A stretch of 58,427 nucleotides of DNA from Dehalococcoidia bacterium. Its GTDB lineage: Bacteria > Chloroflexota > Dehalococcoidia > DSTF01 > RBG-16-68-14. A program made the position numbers and the translations under genes. The notes under the pieces were generated by a model. It was not told the origin of the DNA and searched no databases. It saw only the letters and a program-made list of their open reading frames with translations. Location: contig JBBEBM010000035.1 in the NCBI GenBank assembly GCA_040882355.1, positions 62,001 through 120,427 on the forward strand, written 5' to 3'. This document shows, one piece after another, positions 27,433 through 37,244 of the stretch (positions are counted from its first letter, which is position 1; every line of letters starts with the position of its first letter).

Positions 27433-28980
27433 TCATCCTAGCGCAGACGGCCTATCGCCGCCGCCAGCCTCAGCCAGCGCCCGCACCAGCCCGGCGATCG
27501 TGTGCTCTTCCGCGACAACGTCCGGCGGGCGCCCGAGCAACTCCTCAGCGGTCTGCGCCGTGATCGGCCCGATGCAGGCGATGCGGCAGCGCCGCAGCAG
27601 CTCGAGATCGTCGCCGAGCATGGCGACCAGATTGCGCACGGCCGACGAGCTGGCGAAGGTGGCGACCTCGATCTCGCCCGCGCGCAGGCGACGCAGGCCT
27701 TCCGAGTCAGGGTCCTTGGGTTGCTCAGCCACGTACAGCGTCACTTCGTCGACCTCCGCGCCGCGCTCCCGCAGGCCTGCGATGAGCACGTCGCGAGCGC
27801 CCTCCGCGCGCGGCACGAGCACGCGCTGCCCGCGCACGTCGGTCTGTTCGAACGCGGCGAGCAGGCCTTCGGCGGTGTAAGCGTCGGGCGTCACATCCAC
27901 GCGCAGGCCCCAGCGGCGGAGCGCTGCGGAGGTCGCAGGCCCGATCGCGGCGAGCCGAGCCCGGACTGCACGCGCGTCGCGTCCGCCGCTCCAGAGCTGC
28001 TCGAAGAAGATGTCGACGGCGTTGGCGCTCGTGAAGACGACCGACGAGTAGTCGCCGCGCTCGAGCGCATCGACCGCGCGGCGGAGGAGCGCCCCGTCGA
28101 ACCGAGGAGTGATCTCGATCGTCGGCAGCTCGACCGGCTCGGCGCCAGCGGCGGAGAGCGCGGCGGACAGATCGCTCGCCTGCTCGCGCGTCCGCGTGAC
28201 CAGCACACGCTGCCCGAAGAGCGACTTCGTGTCGAACCAGCGCAGCGTCTCGCGCAGCCGGACGACATCGCCCACGACGGCGACGGCGGGCGGCCCGATG
28301 CCCGCCTCCTCCACCTTCGCGACGATGTCGCCGAGCGTGGCAACGACGGTGCGCTGGCGGGGCAGCGTGCCCCACTCAATCACGGCCGCCGGCGTCGCGG
28401 GGTCGCGTCCGGCCGCGGTCAGGCGCTCGACGATCTCCGCGAGCTGGCCAACGCCCATCAGGAGCACAAGTGTATCGACTGCGGTCGCGAGCCGCGCCCA
28501 ATCGACATCTCGCTCTCGCTTCGTCGGGTCCTCGTGGCCCGTGACGAAGGCGACGGACGCCGCGATGCCGCGATGCGTGACCGGAATGCCAGCGTAGGCC
28601 GCGGCTGCGACGGCGGAGCTGACGCCCGGCACAACCTCGAACGGGACACCGGCAGCGGCGAGCGCCTCCGCCTCTTCTCCACCGCGCCCGAAAACGAACG
28701 GGTCGCCGCCCTTAAGCCGGACTACGCGCTTGCCCGCGCGCGCGCGATCGACCAGCAAAGCGTTGATCTCGTCCTGCGACATCGTCTGCGCCTCCGGCCC
28801 CTTGCCGACGAAGACGCGTTCGGCGTCCCTGGGCGCGAGGTCGAGCAGGCGCGGGTTGGCGAGCCGGTCGTAGACGACGACCTCCGCCCGCGCAAGCGCG
28901 CGCCCCCCGGCGACAGTGATCAGCCCGGGATCGCCCGGCCCCGCGCCGACGAGCGAGACGTGGCCCGCTCTCTTGCTCAT
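27433..28980 (-). CDS. cobA: uroporphyrinogen-III C-methyltransferase / synthase fusion (CobA-HemD)
   Basis: LVGAGPGDPGLIT, RLKGGDPFVFGRGGEE; then VLVTR, FTSANAV, FASSSAV, IGPITA. Confidence 0.95.
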   Translation of the reverse strand: MSKRAGHVSLVGAGPGDPGLITVAGGRALARAEVVVYDRLANPRLLDLAPRDAERVFVGKGPEAQTMSQDEINALLVDRARAGKRVVRLKGGDPFVFGRGGEEAEALAAAGVPFEVVPGVSSAVAAAAYAGIPVTHRGIAASVAFVTGHEDPTKRERDVDWARLATAVDTLVLLMGVGQLAEIVERLTAAGRDPATPAAVIEWGTLPRQRTVVATLGDIVAKVEEAGIGPPAVAVVGDVVRLRETLRWFDTKSLFGQRVLVTRTREQASDLSAALSAAGAEPVELPTIEITPRFDGALLRRAVDALERGDYSSVVFTSANAVDIFFEQLWSGGRDARAVRARLAAIGPATSAALRRWGLRVDVTPDAYTAEGLLAAFEQTDVRGQRVLVPRAEGARDVLIAGLRERGAEVDEVTLYVAEQPKDPDSEGLRRLRAGEIEVATFASSSAVRNLVAMLGDDLELLRRCRIACIGPITAQTAEELLGRPPDVVAEEHTIAGLVRALAEAGGGDRPSALG

Positions 28981-28999
28981 CTTTGGCTTCCGGACAGAG

Positions 29000-29935
29000 C
29001 TAAAGCTCTGTCCCTACGGCCCCCTCAACGAAGGCCGCCGCGCCCTGCGCGAGCAGTGCCTTGGCGAGCTCGGCCCCTACCCTGTGGGCATCGCTCGCCA
29101 CACCGCTCACGTCAGCGCGGAAGAAGCGCACGCCCTCTGTATCCGAGATGAAGCCGCGCGCATGTAGCGCGTCGCCTGCCACCGTCGCCAGCGCGCCGAA
29201 GGGCAGGCGGCAGCCACCGCCGAGGGCGGCGAGGAAGGAACGCTCCGCTTCGCAGGCGAGCCGCGAGTCACGGTGATCGATGGCGGCGAGCAGTTCGATA
29301 ACAGTCGTGTCGTCTGCGCGCGCTTCGAGAGCGAGCGCGCCCTGGCCGACGGCCGGCAACATCGCGGCCGGCTCGAAGACCTGCGAGGCCCGATCGAGCA
29401 GGCCGAGGCGCTCCAGCCCGGCCACGGCGAGCACCGCGGCGTCGAACTCGCCTTCGTCCACTTTGCGCACGCGAGTGTCGACGTTACCTCTGATGTCGAC
29501 CGGCTCGACGTCCGGGCGGAGCAAGCGGAGCTGGACGGCGCGCCGGGCGCTGCCCGTACCGATGCGCGCGCTCGCGGGCAGCTCGGCGAGCGTGGCGCCG
29601 CCCCGGGTGACGAGGGCATCGCGCGGGTCGGCTCGCGGCAGCACGGCGGCGAGCGTGAGGCCGTCGCCGAGGTCGTTGGGCACGTCCTTGAGACTGTGTA
29701 CGGCGATATCGACCTCGCGGCGCAGGAGGGCGCCCTCCAGCTCCTTGACGAAGACGCCCTGCCCGCCGATCTCCATCAGCGACGCCTTCGAGCGGTCTCC
29801 TTCGGTGCGGATCTCCCGCACTTCGACGTGTAGATCGGGCTGCCGGGCGCGCAGCGCTTCGATGGCTAGATCGGTCTGGCGCAGCGCGAGCCGGCTGCCG
29901 CGCGTGCCGACGATCAGGGTTCGACCGCCGGCCAC
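29000..29935 (-). CDS. hemC: hydroxymethylbilane synthase
   Basis: GTRGSRLAL, GVFVKE, AVHSLKD, IRGNVDTR, PAVGQGAL, GGGC; start set at GTG 29935. Confidence 0.95.
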   Translation of the reverse strand: MAGGRTLIVGTRGSRLALRQTDLAIEALRARQPDLHVEVREIRTEGDRSKASLMEIGGQGVFVKELEGALLRREVDIAVHSLKDVPNDLGDGLTLAAVLPRADPRDALVTRGGATLAELPASARIGTGSARRAVQLRLLRPDVEPVDIRGNVDTRVRKVDEGEFDAAVLAVAGLERLGLLDRASQVFEPAAMLPAVGQGALALEARADDTTVIELLAAIDHRDSRLACEAERSFLAALGGGCRLPFGALATVAGDALHARGFISDTEGVRFFRADVSGVASDAHRVGAELAKALLAQGAAAFVEGAVGTEL

Positions 29936-29936
29936 G

Positions 29937-31208
29937 TCACGCCTCGGTGTCGGGTTGGGGGGCGCCTTCGCCGTCCAGCGAGAAGAGATCGCGCGCCGCG
30001 GCGACGTATCGTTCGCCATCGTCGCCCTTGAGCCGGCTGATCGGGTCGTGAAGCAGCTTCTTGACCAGCGCCGTCGCCATCGCCTCGACGCTCTGCCGCT
30101 GCTCTGGCGAGAGGCCGTTCAGCCGCTTGATCGTTCGCTCCAGCTCGGCGTCGCGCACGGCCTCGGCGCGGGCGCGCAGGGCGGCGACGGTGGGCACGAC
30201 GCCCAGCCCGCGCTGCCATTCGACGAAGCGCTCGACGCCTTCCTCGACGATGTGCTCTACCTTCGTGGCCTCGCGCCGGCGGGCGTCCATGTTGCGCTCG
30301 ACCAGCCCCTGGAGATCGTCGATGTCGTACAGATGGACGCTGGGCAGGTCGCCGGCGTCCGGGTCGATGTCGCGCGGCACGGCGATGTCGATGAGGAGAA
30401 GCGGGCGCCCGTTGCGGCCGGCCGTCGCTTCCGCCACGTCGCGCCGCCCGATCAGGAAGTCCGGCGCGGCGCTGGAGCTGATCACGATGTCCGCCTCGCT
30501 CATCGCGCGCGTCAGGTGTTCGAAGGCGACAGGCTCGCCCCCCAGATCGGCTGCAAGCTCCTTCGCCCGGCCCGCCGTGCGGCTGGTAACGATCAACCGC
30601 GAAGCGCCGCTCTCGGCCAGCGACCGTGCCGCCAGCTTGCCCGCCTCGCCCGCGCTGACGACGAGCACGGTGCTCGCCGAGAGGTCACCGAGCGTGCTGC
30701 GCGCCAGCTCAACTGCGGTCGAGCTGACGGAGACGGCGTACCGTCCGATGTGCGTCTCGTTCCGCGCCCGCCGCCCGACGCGAATGGCGGTATGAAAGAG
30801 CTGCGAGAGGACGGCGTTGTGCGTGGCGGCCGCTGTCGCCGCGGCGAAAGCCACGCGCACCTGGCCGAGGATCTCCGATTCGCCCAGCACCATAGAGTCG
30901 ATCCCGGCGGCGACGCGAAAGAGATGGCGGGCGGCTTCGCGGCCGCTGTGGTGATAGAAGGCGCCCGCCGGGGTGTCAGCGCCACCCTTCAGCTCGCGCA
31001 GCAGCTCGACAACGGGCTCCATCGCGACGGCGTGCGGCCCGGCCAGGTAGACCTCGGTGCGATTGCACGTGGAGAGCACCGCGACGCCGCCGAACGCCTC
31101 GCCGAGGCGCGCGAGGCCTGCCGGCAACTCTTCCGGCCCGAACGCGAAGCGCTCGCGCACGGCGACCGCCGCGGTCTTGTGGCTGATGCCGACGAGCGTG
31201 ATGTGCAT
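29937..31208 (-). CDS. hemA: glutamyl-tRNA reductase
   Basis: GISHKTA...RE, STCNRTE, DSMVLGESEILGQ, DIAVPRDID. Confidence 0.97.
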   Translation of the reverse strand: MHITLVGISHKTAAVAVRERFAFGPEELPAGLARLGEAFGGVAVLSTCNRTEVYLAGPHAVAMEPVVELLRELKGGADTPAGAFYHHSGREAARHLFRVAAGIDSMVLGESEILGQVRVAFAAATAAATHNAVLSQLFHTAIRVGRRARNETHIGRYAVSVSSTAVELARSTLGDLSASTVLVVSAGEAGKLAARSLAESGASRLIVTSRTAGRAKELAADLGGEPVAFEHLTRAMSEADIVISSSAAPDFLIGRRDVAEATAGRNGRPLLLIDIAVPRDIDPDAGDLPSVHLYDIDDLQGLVERNMDARRREATKVEHIVEEGVERFVEWQRGLGVVPTVAALRARAEAVRDAELERTIKRLNGLSPEQRQSVEAMATALVKKLLHDPISRLKGDDGERYVAAARDLFSLDGEGAPQPDTEA

Positions 31209-31221
31209 GCCAGTTCTATCC

Positions 31222-31243
31222 GCGGGACAGGCTTTAGCCTGTC
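31222..31243. repeat. REP-like palindrome at the sirC/hemA junction
   Basis: GCGG-GACAGGCT-TT-AGCCTGTC; contains the upstream gene's stop codon. Confidence 0.55.
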
Positions 31244-31908
31244 GAACCGGCGGGCGCCTCTCCTACGAGCTCCGGCACCAGCTCCTCGGCGCCGAGGCCA
31301 CGAAGCAGCCGCGCCTTCGCCTGCCGGTACTTGCGCTGGGCGAGCAGCACCCGTAGCTCTTCGTCGATCGCGTCCTGCCAGACGTCGGCGGGCGGCAGCT
31401 TGCCCCGCGCCTTCAGCTCGCCGCGCACCTCGCCCAGCAGGTCGGCCAGCGCCGGCATCTCCTCGGTCAGATACGCCTCCAGCTCCTCGCGCAATCTGCG
31501 CGCGAGGGCGGGGCTCTTCCCGCCCGTGGACGCCGCGACGGTGATGGCGCCGCGGCGGATGACGGCGGGCAGGATGAAATCGCAGTTGACGGGGTCGTCG
31601 GCGGCGTTTACCCAGATGCGGGCGCGCTTGCCCTCGGCGGCGACCTGCGCGTTGACCGCGCCGTCGTCCGTCGCCACCATGCAGACCTCGTAGCCCTCGA
31701 GATCGCCCTCTTGGTACTCACGCTGGACGTACTCGATGCGGCCTTCGTCGAGCAGGCGCTGGAGGCCGGGCGTGAGGGTGGGTGAGAGCACCGTGATGTG
31801 TCCGCCTGCGGCCATCAAGCCCATGACTTTGTGCTCCGCCTCGCGGCCACCGCCGATTACCAGGATACGGCGGTCCTGCAGCTCGACGAAGATGGGGTAG
31901 TAGGCCAT
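31234..31908 (-). CDS. precorrin-2 dehydrogenase / sirohydrochlorin ferrochelatase (SirC/CysG-N)
   Basis: YYPIF, LVIGGG, ATDD..VN, VNAADDP..CDF, STGGKSPALA. Confidence 0.92.
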   Translation of the reverse strand: MAYYPIFVELQDRRILVIGGGREAEHKVMGLMAAGGHITVLSPTLTPGLQRLLDEGRIEYVQREYQEGDLEGYEVCMVATDDGAVNAQVAAEGKRARIWVNAADDPVNCDFILPAVIRRGAITVAASTGGKSPALARRLREELEAYLTEEMPALADLLGEVRGELKARGKLPPADVWQDAIDEELRVLLAQRKYRQAKARLLRGLGAEELVPELVGEAPAGSTG

Positions 31909-32102
31909 TAGCCGCGTTCCTTCAACCACCGGCGCGTCGCTTCGCGCTCCAGGGCCGCGTCGCGCTCGCCGTCCGGCAGGTCGACCTCGGGCAGCTCCTG
32001 ATCCGGATCCCGGTGCGAGACTCGGGAGACCCGGCGGAAGAAGATCTCGACCTCACGCAGGCGGGCCTCCATAGTGCTGGGGCCCAGGCCGAACCAGTGC
32101 AT
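31908..32102 (-). CDS. 64-aa hypothetical protein coupled to sirC
   Basis: MHWFGLGPSTMEARLREVEIFF...; TAA overlaps sirC ATG; GGAGGA RBS. Confidence 0.55.
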   Translation of the reverse strand: MHWFGLGPSTMEARLREVEIFFRRVSRVSHRDPDQELPEVDLPDGERDAALEREATRRWLKERG

Positions 32103-32104
32103 TG

Positions 32105-32767
32105 CTATCCTCCCTGTTCCTGATACGCCTCGGTCAGGCCGACGAGGACGTGGTCGGCGAGCGAGGTGACTTGCTGGCACGCGCCGATGGCGTCGGCGGA
32201 TGAGAGTCCGTGACGCTGGCTGGCGTCCTTCGCCGCGTCATCCAGATTGCGCCGGAAGAAGATGAACGCCTCGACCGCCTGAGTCAGCGGTAGCTCGGAC
32301 GCCGCTAGCTCCTGCCCGTATTCGCGGCCGAGCGCTCGCGCGTCCTCAAGCAAGCTCGCGCGGCGGCTCTTGCGCCGCAGGTACTCGGCAGCCAGGGCAG
32401 CCAGCCGGCGCCCCAGCGGTCGCAGCCGCTCCTTGCTGTCTTCGCCAACCGTGGCGTACCACGACGACTCCTGAGCCGAGCGACGGTGGAGCTGGCGGCG
32501 GATGCGCGTGATCGCCAGCTCCCCCAGCTCGCGGTAGCTCTTGATCGAGGCGCGGCCCGCAAGCAGCTCCTGCAGCTCCGGCTCCGCGAATCGACGGTGA
32601 CCGCCCGGCGTGCGAAACACCCGCACGTACCCGCTGTCCGCCCAGCGCCGCAGCGTCGACTCGTCGACCCCCAGCACGCGACAGGCCTGGCCCAACGTGA
32701 GCCAGCCATTGCGGCGCGCCGGCGCTTCAGTAGTCTTTCGGGCCGCTTCAGAGGTCTTTCGTGCCAT
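32105..32767 (-). CDS. MerR/excisionase-type HTH regulator with all-helical C-terminal domain
   Basis: WLTLGQAC.VLGV..STLRRWAD.G....RTPGGHRRF. Confidence 0.85.
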   Translation of the reverse strand: MARKTSEAARKTTEAPARRNGWLTLGQACRVLGVDESTLRRWADSGYVRVFRTPGGHRRFAEPELQELLAGRASIKSYRELGELAITRIRRQLHRRSAQESSWYATVGEDSKERLRPLGRRLAALAAEYLRRKSRRASLLEDARALGREYGQELAASELPLTQAVEAFIFFRRNLDDAAKDASQRHGLSSADAIGACQQVTSLADHVLVGLTEAYQEQGG

Positions 32768-32773
32768 AAAATC

Positions 32774-32826
32774 TGCCTAAATCTAGGCAATACGTGGTCG
32801 TCTGGCGCCCACACCTAGATTCTAGG
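32774..32826. promoter_or_regulatory. two related palindromic operator candidates
   Basis: TGCCTA-AATC-TAGGCA (32774-32789) and CCTAGA-T-TCTAGG (32814-32826). Confidence 0.6.
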
Positions 32827-32988
32827 ACAGGGCGTCGGTTCTGTCAACGAACGAGCCCGCCCGCCAAGGAGCACCAGGCTGGTCGTGCGTGAAGCGCCGA
32901 TGCCTCTCGGATGACCGGGACTCAGCATGCCATCGCGGAAGCGCCTCGGACGCAGTTGCGCCAGGAACAGAATGGACGGCCCCCTTCG

Positions 32989-33380
32989 TGTCATTCTGAG
33001 CGAAGCGAAGAATCGTTCAGATCGTGATACCACCCCTCGGCTAGATCCTGCCACAGCGGGTTGTCCTCCTCGATGAGCGCGATCTTCTTCCCGCGAACTT
33101 TGATCTGCTTCTCTCGTTGAATCGCTTCGATCACGTCGCTGTAGTCCTCCATGTAGACGAGCCGTGTCATGTTGTACCGCTTCGTGAAGCTGTCCTGGAG
33201 CTTTGCCTTGTGCTCGAAGACTCGCCGCTCGATGTCGTTCGTCACGCCCGTGTAGATCATCTTCGCCTCATTAGCCATGATGTAGACATAGTAGTGTCGG
33301 GTACGCGGCATCCTGCTCCTCCGCAAAGCCCCGACAACCTTCAGAGCACCGAAAGATGCTTCGCTGCGCTCAGCATGACA
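32989..33380. mobile_element. putative mini-element: GIY-YIG gene bracketed by 26-bp inverted repeats
   Basis: TGTCATTCTGAGCGAAGCGAAGAATC (32989-33014) versus reverse complement of 33355-33380, 23/26 identical; mobility itself unproven. Confidence 0.5.
32991..33311 (-). CDS. GIY-YIG nuclease family protein
   Basis: YYVYIM...IYTGVTND.ERRV.EH, FTKRY, AIQREKQIK, NP.WQDL; GGAGGAG RBS before ATG 33311. Confidence 0.9.
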   Translation of the reverse strand: MPRTRHYYVYIMANEAKMIYTGVTNDIERRVFEHKAKLQDSFTKRYNMTRLVYMEDYSDVIEAIQREKQIKVRGKKIALIEEDNPLWQDLAEGWYHDLNDSSLRSE

Positions 33381-33437
33381 AAGGGGGGCCACGGCGGACC
33401 CACCCGCCATCCGTTCATCCGTTAACAATCCGCTGAT

Positions 33438-34232
33438 CTACTCCAGCCCCACTAGTGACGCCAGGCCCCGCACCAGCTCCTTCCGCTGCATCACCTCTCG
33501 CGTTGCGAGGAGGACGCCCGGGACGAACGAGTCGCGGCCGGTGGTGTCGTGGCGGATGGTGAGCGTCTGGCCCAGCCCGCCGAAGACCACCTCCTGGTGC
33601 GCGACGAGGCCGGGCAGGCGCACGCTGTGGATCGTGACGCCGTCGACGTGCGCGGCGCGGCTGTTCGCCAGCGTTTGCCTGTCCGGCTCGTTCCGATCGA
33701 ACGGCTTGCCGCGCGCTGTGAGCATCTCCCGCGCGGTGGTGAGCGCCGTGCCCGATGGCGCGTCGACTTTCTTGTCGTGGTGCAGCTCGATGATCTCGGC
33801 CGCGTCGAAAAAGCGCGCGGCGGCCTTCGCCATGTGGATCATCAGCACAGCGCCGATCGCGAAGTTCGCGGCGACGACCGCGCCCACGCCGCGCTCCTGG
33901 CAGCGCGCCGCCAGCTCGTCGAGCCAGCTCTCCGGCATCCCGGTCGTGCCGATGACGAGGCGCGCGCCTCGTTTCAGGGCCGCGTCGGCCACCAGCGGCG
34001 TCCACTCGGCATTACTGAAGTCGATGATCACGTCCGGCTTCGTCGCGTCGAGCAGCGCGGAGATGTCCGCGCTCATCGGCACCGACCCCGCTCCGCCGGG
34101 GAGGGCGACGCCGTCCTCGGACGAGAACTTCTCGAGCACGCCGACCGGCTCCATGTCCTGCTCGCGCGCGACGGCGGCGAGGACCTCGCGTCCCATGTTC
34201 CCGCTGCCGCTGACGAGGACTCGGATAGTCAT
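33438..34232 (-). CDS. dapB: 4-hydroxy-tetrahydrodipicolinate reductase
   Basis: G.GNMG, IGTTG, ANFAIG, EIIELHHDKKVDAPSGTA, HSVRLPG. Confidence 0.96.
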   Translation of the reverse strand: MTIRVLVSGSGNMGREVLAAVAREQDMEPVGVLEKFSSEDGVALPGGAGSVPMSADISALLDATKPDVIIDFSNAEWTPLVADAALKRGARLVIGTTGMPESWLDELAARCQERGVGAVVAANFAIGAVLMIHMAKAAARFFDAAEIIELHHDKKVDAPSGTALTTAREMLTARGKPFDRNEPDRQTLANSRAAHVDGVTIHSVRLPGLVAHQEVVFGGLGQTLTIRHDTTGRDSFVPGVLLATREVMQRKELVRGLASLVGLE

Positions 34233-34269
34233 GACACGTTCAGCGTACACGCTCGCCCGCCGGAGATGA

Positions 34270-34295
34270 AGACGCCCTCTCGAAAGAGGGCGTCT
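34270..34295 (-). terminator. hairpin downstream of pnp
   Basis: AGACGCCCTCT-CGAA-AGAGGGCGTCT 11-bp stem; weak U-tract. Confidence 0.6.
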
Positions 34296-34317
34296 CTATG
34301 CCATACTAGGGTTCGCG

Positions 34318-36768
34318 TTAGCTGCTGCGGATCGGCCCCGGGCCCAGGCCCGGTCGACGGCCTCCTCCCGGCGCGCCACCCGGCCCGCCTCGGCCACCAC
34401 CACCGCCGCGATAGCCACCGCCGCCGCCACCTGGTCGACCGTAACCGCCGCCTCCGCTACCACCACGGCCGCCGCCGCCGCCGCCGCCGCTTCGCGGCGG
34501 TCCGCGCCGGGCTCCGCCTCCACCACCGCCGCCACCGCCGCCGCCGTAGCCGCCGCCACCGCCACCACCGCCGCGGCCGTTGCCGCGCCGCGGCCCTTCG
34601 CCGCCGCCGAAGCGCGGGCGGTCGGGCGGGCGGTCCTGCGGCTGCTGCTCGCGCGGTTCACGCGGCGCGCCGACCGCCGCTTCTCCCTCGCCCTCTCCAT
34701 CGGCGAGGACAGCACGCCGGGAGAGGTTGATGCGGCCCATGTTATCGATCTCGATCACCTTGACCATGATCTCGTCGCCGAGGGCGACTACGTCCTCGAC
34801 GCTCGGCACGTGGTAGTCGGCCAGCTCGCCGATGCGCACCAGCCCTTCCTTGCCACCGGGGATCTCGACGAAGGCACCGAAGTCGACGATACGGGTCACT
34901 CTGCCCGTGTAGATCTCGCCGATCTCGATCTCCTTCGTCAGCCCCTGGATGATATCGATCGCCTTCTGAGCGCCCTCGCCGCTGGTTGAGCCGACGAAGA
35001 CCGAGCCGTCGTCCTGGACGTCGATGCTGCACCCGGTCTCTTCGATGATCGAGCGAATGACGCGGCCGCCCGGGCCGATCACCGCGCCGATCTTGTCGAC
35101 GGGGATCTGGATGCGCTGCATGCGCGGCGCCCAGCGCGAAAGCTCCTCGCGAGGGGCCGAGATGGTCTCGTCGATCTTGCCCAGGATGAACAGGCGGGCG
35201 TCCTTGGCTTGCGCGAGCGCCTTCTCCATCACCTCCAGGGTGATGCCCTTCACCTTAATGTCCATCTGGAGGGCGGTGATGCCCTCCTCCGTGCCCGCCA
35301 CCTTGAAGTCCATGTCGCCCAGCGCGTCCTCGAGTCCGGCGATGTCGGTGAGGACTGCGTACTTCCCGCCCTCGCCCATCACCAGTCCCATAGCGATACC
35401 GGCCACCGGCGCCTTGATCGGCACGCCGGCGTCCATCAGCGACAGCGTGCTGCCGCAGACGCTCGCCATGGAGGTGCTGCCGTTGCTCGAGAGCACTTCG
35501 GAGACGAGGCGCAGCGTGTACGGGAACTCTTCTTCCGTCGGGAGGACCGGCTCCATGGCCCGCTCTGCGAGGGCGCCGTGGCCTATGTCGCGGCGGCTCG
35601 GGCCGCGCATCGGGCGCGCCTCGCCGACGGAGAACGGCGGGAAGTTGTAGTGATGCATGAAGCGCTTGCGCTCTTCGGGCGAGAGCGTGTCCAGCTTCTG
35701 CTGCTCGCCGACAGAGCCGAGGGTAGCGATGCTGAGCACCTGGGTCTGGCCACGCGTGAAGAGGCCGGAGCCGTGGGTGCGCGGCAGGACGCCGACGCTG
35801 CACGAGATCTGTCGGATGTCGTTGAGGTCTCGTCCGTCGGGCCGGAGGCCGCGCTCCAGGATGGCGTTGCGTACGGTCTCCTTCACGACTTCGTCCAGCG
35901 CCGCACCGATCTCCTCTTCAGCGTGCACTTCGCCGAAGCGCTCCAGCAACTCTCGTCGCCGCTCTTCCAGACCGGACTGCCGCTCTCCCTTGACCGACGC
36001 CAGCAGCTCTTCGAGGTGGCCTTCCAGCGCCGCCTTCACTTCGTCCTTCACCTGGGGCCGCAGCTTCTTCGCCTCGAACTCGCCCTTCGGCTGGCCCACC
36101 TTGGCGACCAGCTCGTCCTGGAGAGCGATGATCTCCTGGTTCATCCGCTGGCCGAATTCGATCGCTTCTAACATCAGGCTCTCAGGCACCTGGCTGGCGC
36201 CCGCCTCGACCATCATGATCGCGTCCCGCGTGCCGGCGACGACGAGATCAAGGTCGCTGTCTTCGAGCTGAGGGTACGTCGGGTTGACGACGAACTGATT
36301 GTCGATGTAGCCGACGCGCACCGAGCTGACGGGCCCGGCAAAGGGCACCTTCGACATCGAGAGCGCGGCGGAGGCCCCGACGGTGCCCAGCACGTCCGGG
36401 TCATTCTCCTGGTCCGCCGAGAGGATCGTGATCACCACCTGCACGTCGTTCCGGAAGCCCTTCGGAAAGAGCGGCCGGATTGGGCGGTCGGTGAGGCGGC
36501 AGGCGAGGATCGCGTCCGTGCCCGGCCGCCCCTCGCGGCGGAAGAAGCTGCCGGGGATCTTGCCGACGGCGTAGAGGCGCTCTTCAAAGTCCACGGTGAG
36601 CGGGAAGAAGTCAATCCCTTCGCGCGGCCGCTCGCTCACACAGGCGGTGGCGAGCAGCACCGTGTCTCCGTAGCGCACCACCACGGCGCCGTTGGCGAGG
36701 CCGGCGAGGTCGCCCACCTCCAGGATAAGGTCTCGTTCTCCGATGGTACGTGTAAATGTCTCCGCCAT
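34318..36768 (-). CDS. pnp: polyribonucleotide nucleotidyltransferase with Gly/Arg-rich tail
   Basis: [49 protein letters not shown] and S1 domains. Confidence 0.98.
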   Translation of the reverse strand: MAETFTRTIGERDLILEVGDLAGLANGAVVVRYGDTVLLATACVSERPREGIDFFPLTVDFEERLYAVGKIPGSFFRREGRPGTDAILACRLTDRPIRPLFPKGFRNDVQVVITILSADQENDPDVLGTVGASAALSMSKVPFAGPVSSVRVGYIDNQFVVNPTYPQLEDSDLDLVVAGTRDAIMMVEAGASQVPESLMLEAIEFGQRMNQEIIALQDELVAKVGQPKGEFEAKKLRPQVKDEVKAALEGHLEELLASVKGERQSGLEERRRELLERFGEVHAEEEIGAALDEVVKETVRNAILERGLRPDGRDLNDIRQISCSVGVLPRTHGSGLFTRGQTQVLSIATLGSVGEQQKLDTLSPEERKRFMHHYNFPPFSVGEARPMRGPSRRDIGHGALAERAMEPVLPTEEEFPYTLRLVSEVLSSNGSTSMASVCGSTLSLMDAGVPIKAPVAGIAMGLVMGEGGKYAVLTDIAGLEDALGDMDFKVAGTEEGITALQMDIKVKGITLEVMEKALAQAKDARLFILGKIDETISAPREELSRWAPRMQRIQIPVDKIGAVIGPGGRVIRSIIEETGCSIDVQDDGSVFVGSTSGEGAQKAIDIIQGLTKEIEIGEIYTGRVTRIVDFGAFVEIPGGKEGLVRIGELADYHVPSVEDVVALGDEIMVKVIEIDNMGRINLSRRAVLADGEGEGEAAVGAPREPREQQPQDRPPDRPRFGGGEGPRRGNGRGGGGGGGGYGGGGGGGGGGGARRGPPRSGGGGGGGRGGSGGGGYGRPGGGGGGYRGGGGGRGGPGGAPGGGRRPGLGPGPIRSS

Positions 36769-36977
36769 AAGGCGTCAGTTTAACCTCCTATAGTGTAGAT
36801 CCGGGACAGCCCCTGTCAGGCAGGCGTCTCGTTTGTGGGGCTGAGCGGTTCGCTTGACGATCGTCGCTTCTCGTTGGGGATGCGGTGGGTCCCCGCTTTG
36901 GCAGGGGCCGGCTCTGTGGTAGGCGATATTCTTGTCCCTTCTCCTCTCCCGCGTATGAAGAGGCCTCCGCCGGGTGG

Positions 36978-37244
36978 TTACTTGCGGAGGCCGAGCTTGC
37001 TGAGGACGGCGCGGTAGCGGTCGATGTCTGTGCGGTTCAGGTAGGCGAGCTGTCGCCTGCGCTGACCGACGAGCATCAAGAGTCCTCGCTCCGAGTGGTG
37101 GTCGTGCTTATGCTCCCGGAGGTGCTGCGTCAGAGTGGTGATCCGTTCAGTGAGGAGGGCGATCTGCACCTCAGGGGAGCCGCTGTCGCCCTCGCCTCGG
37201 GCGTGCTCCTGAATGATCTCGGTCTTGCGCTCCTTGGTTAGCAT
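36978..37244 (-). CDS. rpsO: 30S ribosomal protein S15
   Basis: [25 protein letters not shown]. Confidence 0.98.
   Translation of the reverse strand: MLTKERKTEIIQEHARGEGDSGSPEVQIALLTERITTLTQHLREHKHDHHSERGLLMLVGQRRRQLAYLNRTDIDRYRAVLSKLGLRK

Noticed and set aside
27502..31544. Long plus-strand ORFs (549 aa and 754 aa) and similar long antisense ORFs elsewhere
   Set aside because: Shadow frames opposite cobA/hemC/hemA, expected in high-GC DNA; no recognisable motifs
34380..34580. GCC/ACC microsatellite as a non-coding repeat or assembly artefact
   Set aside because: In frame with pnp and encodes the Gly-rich tail with varied codons
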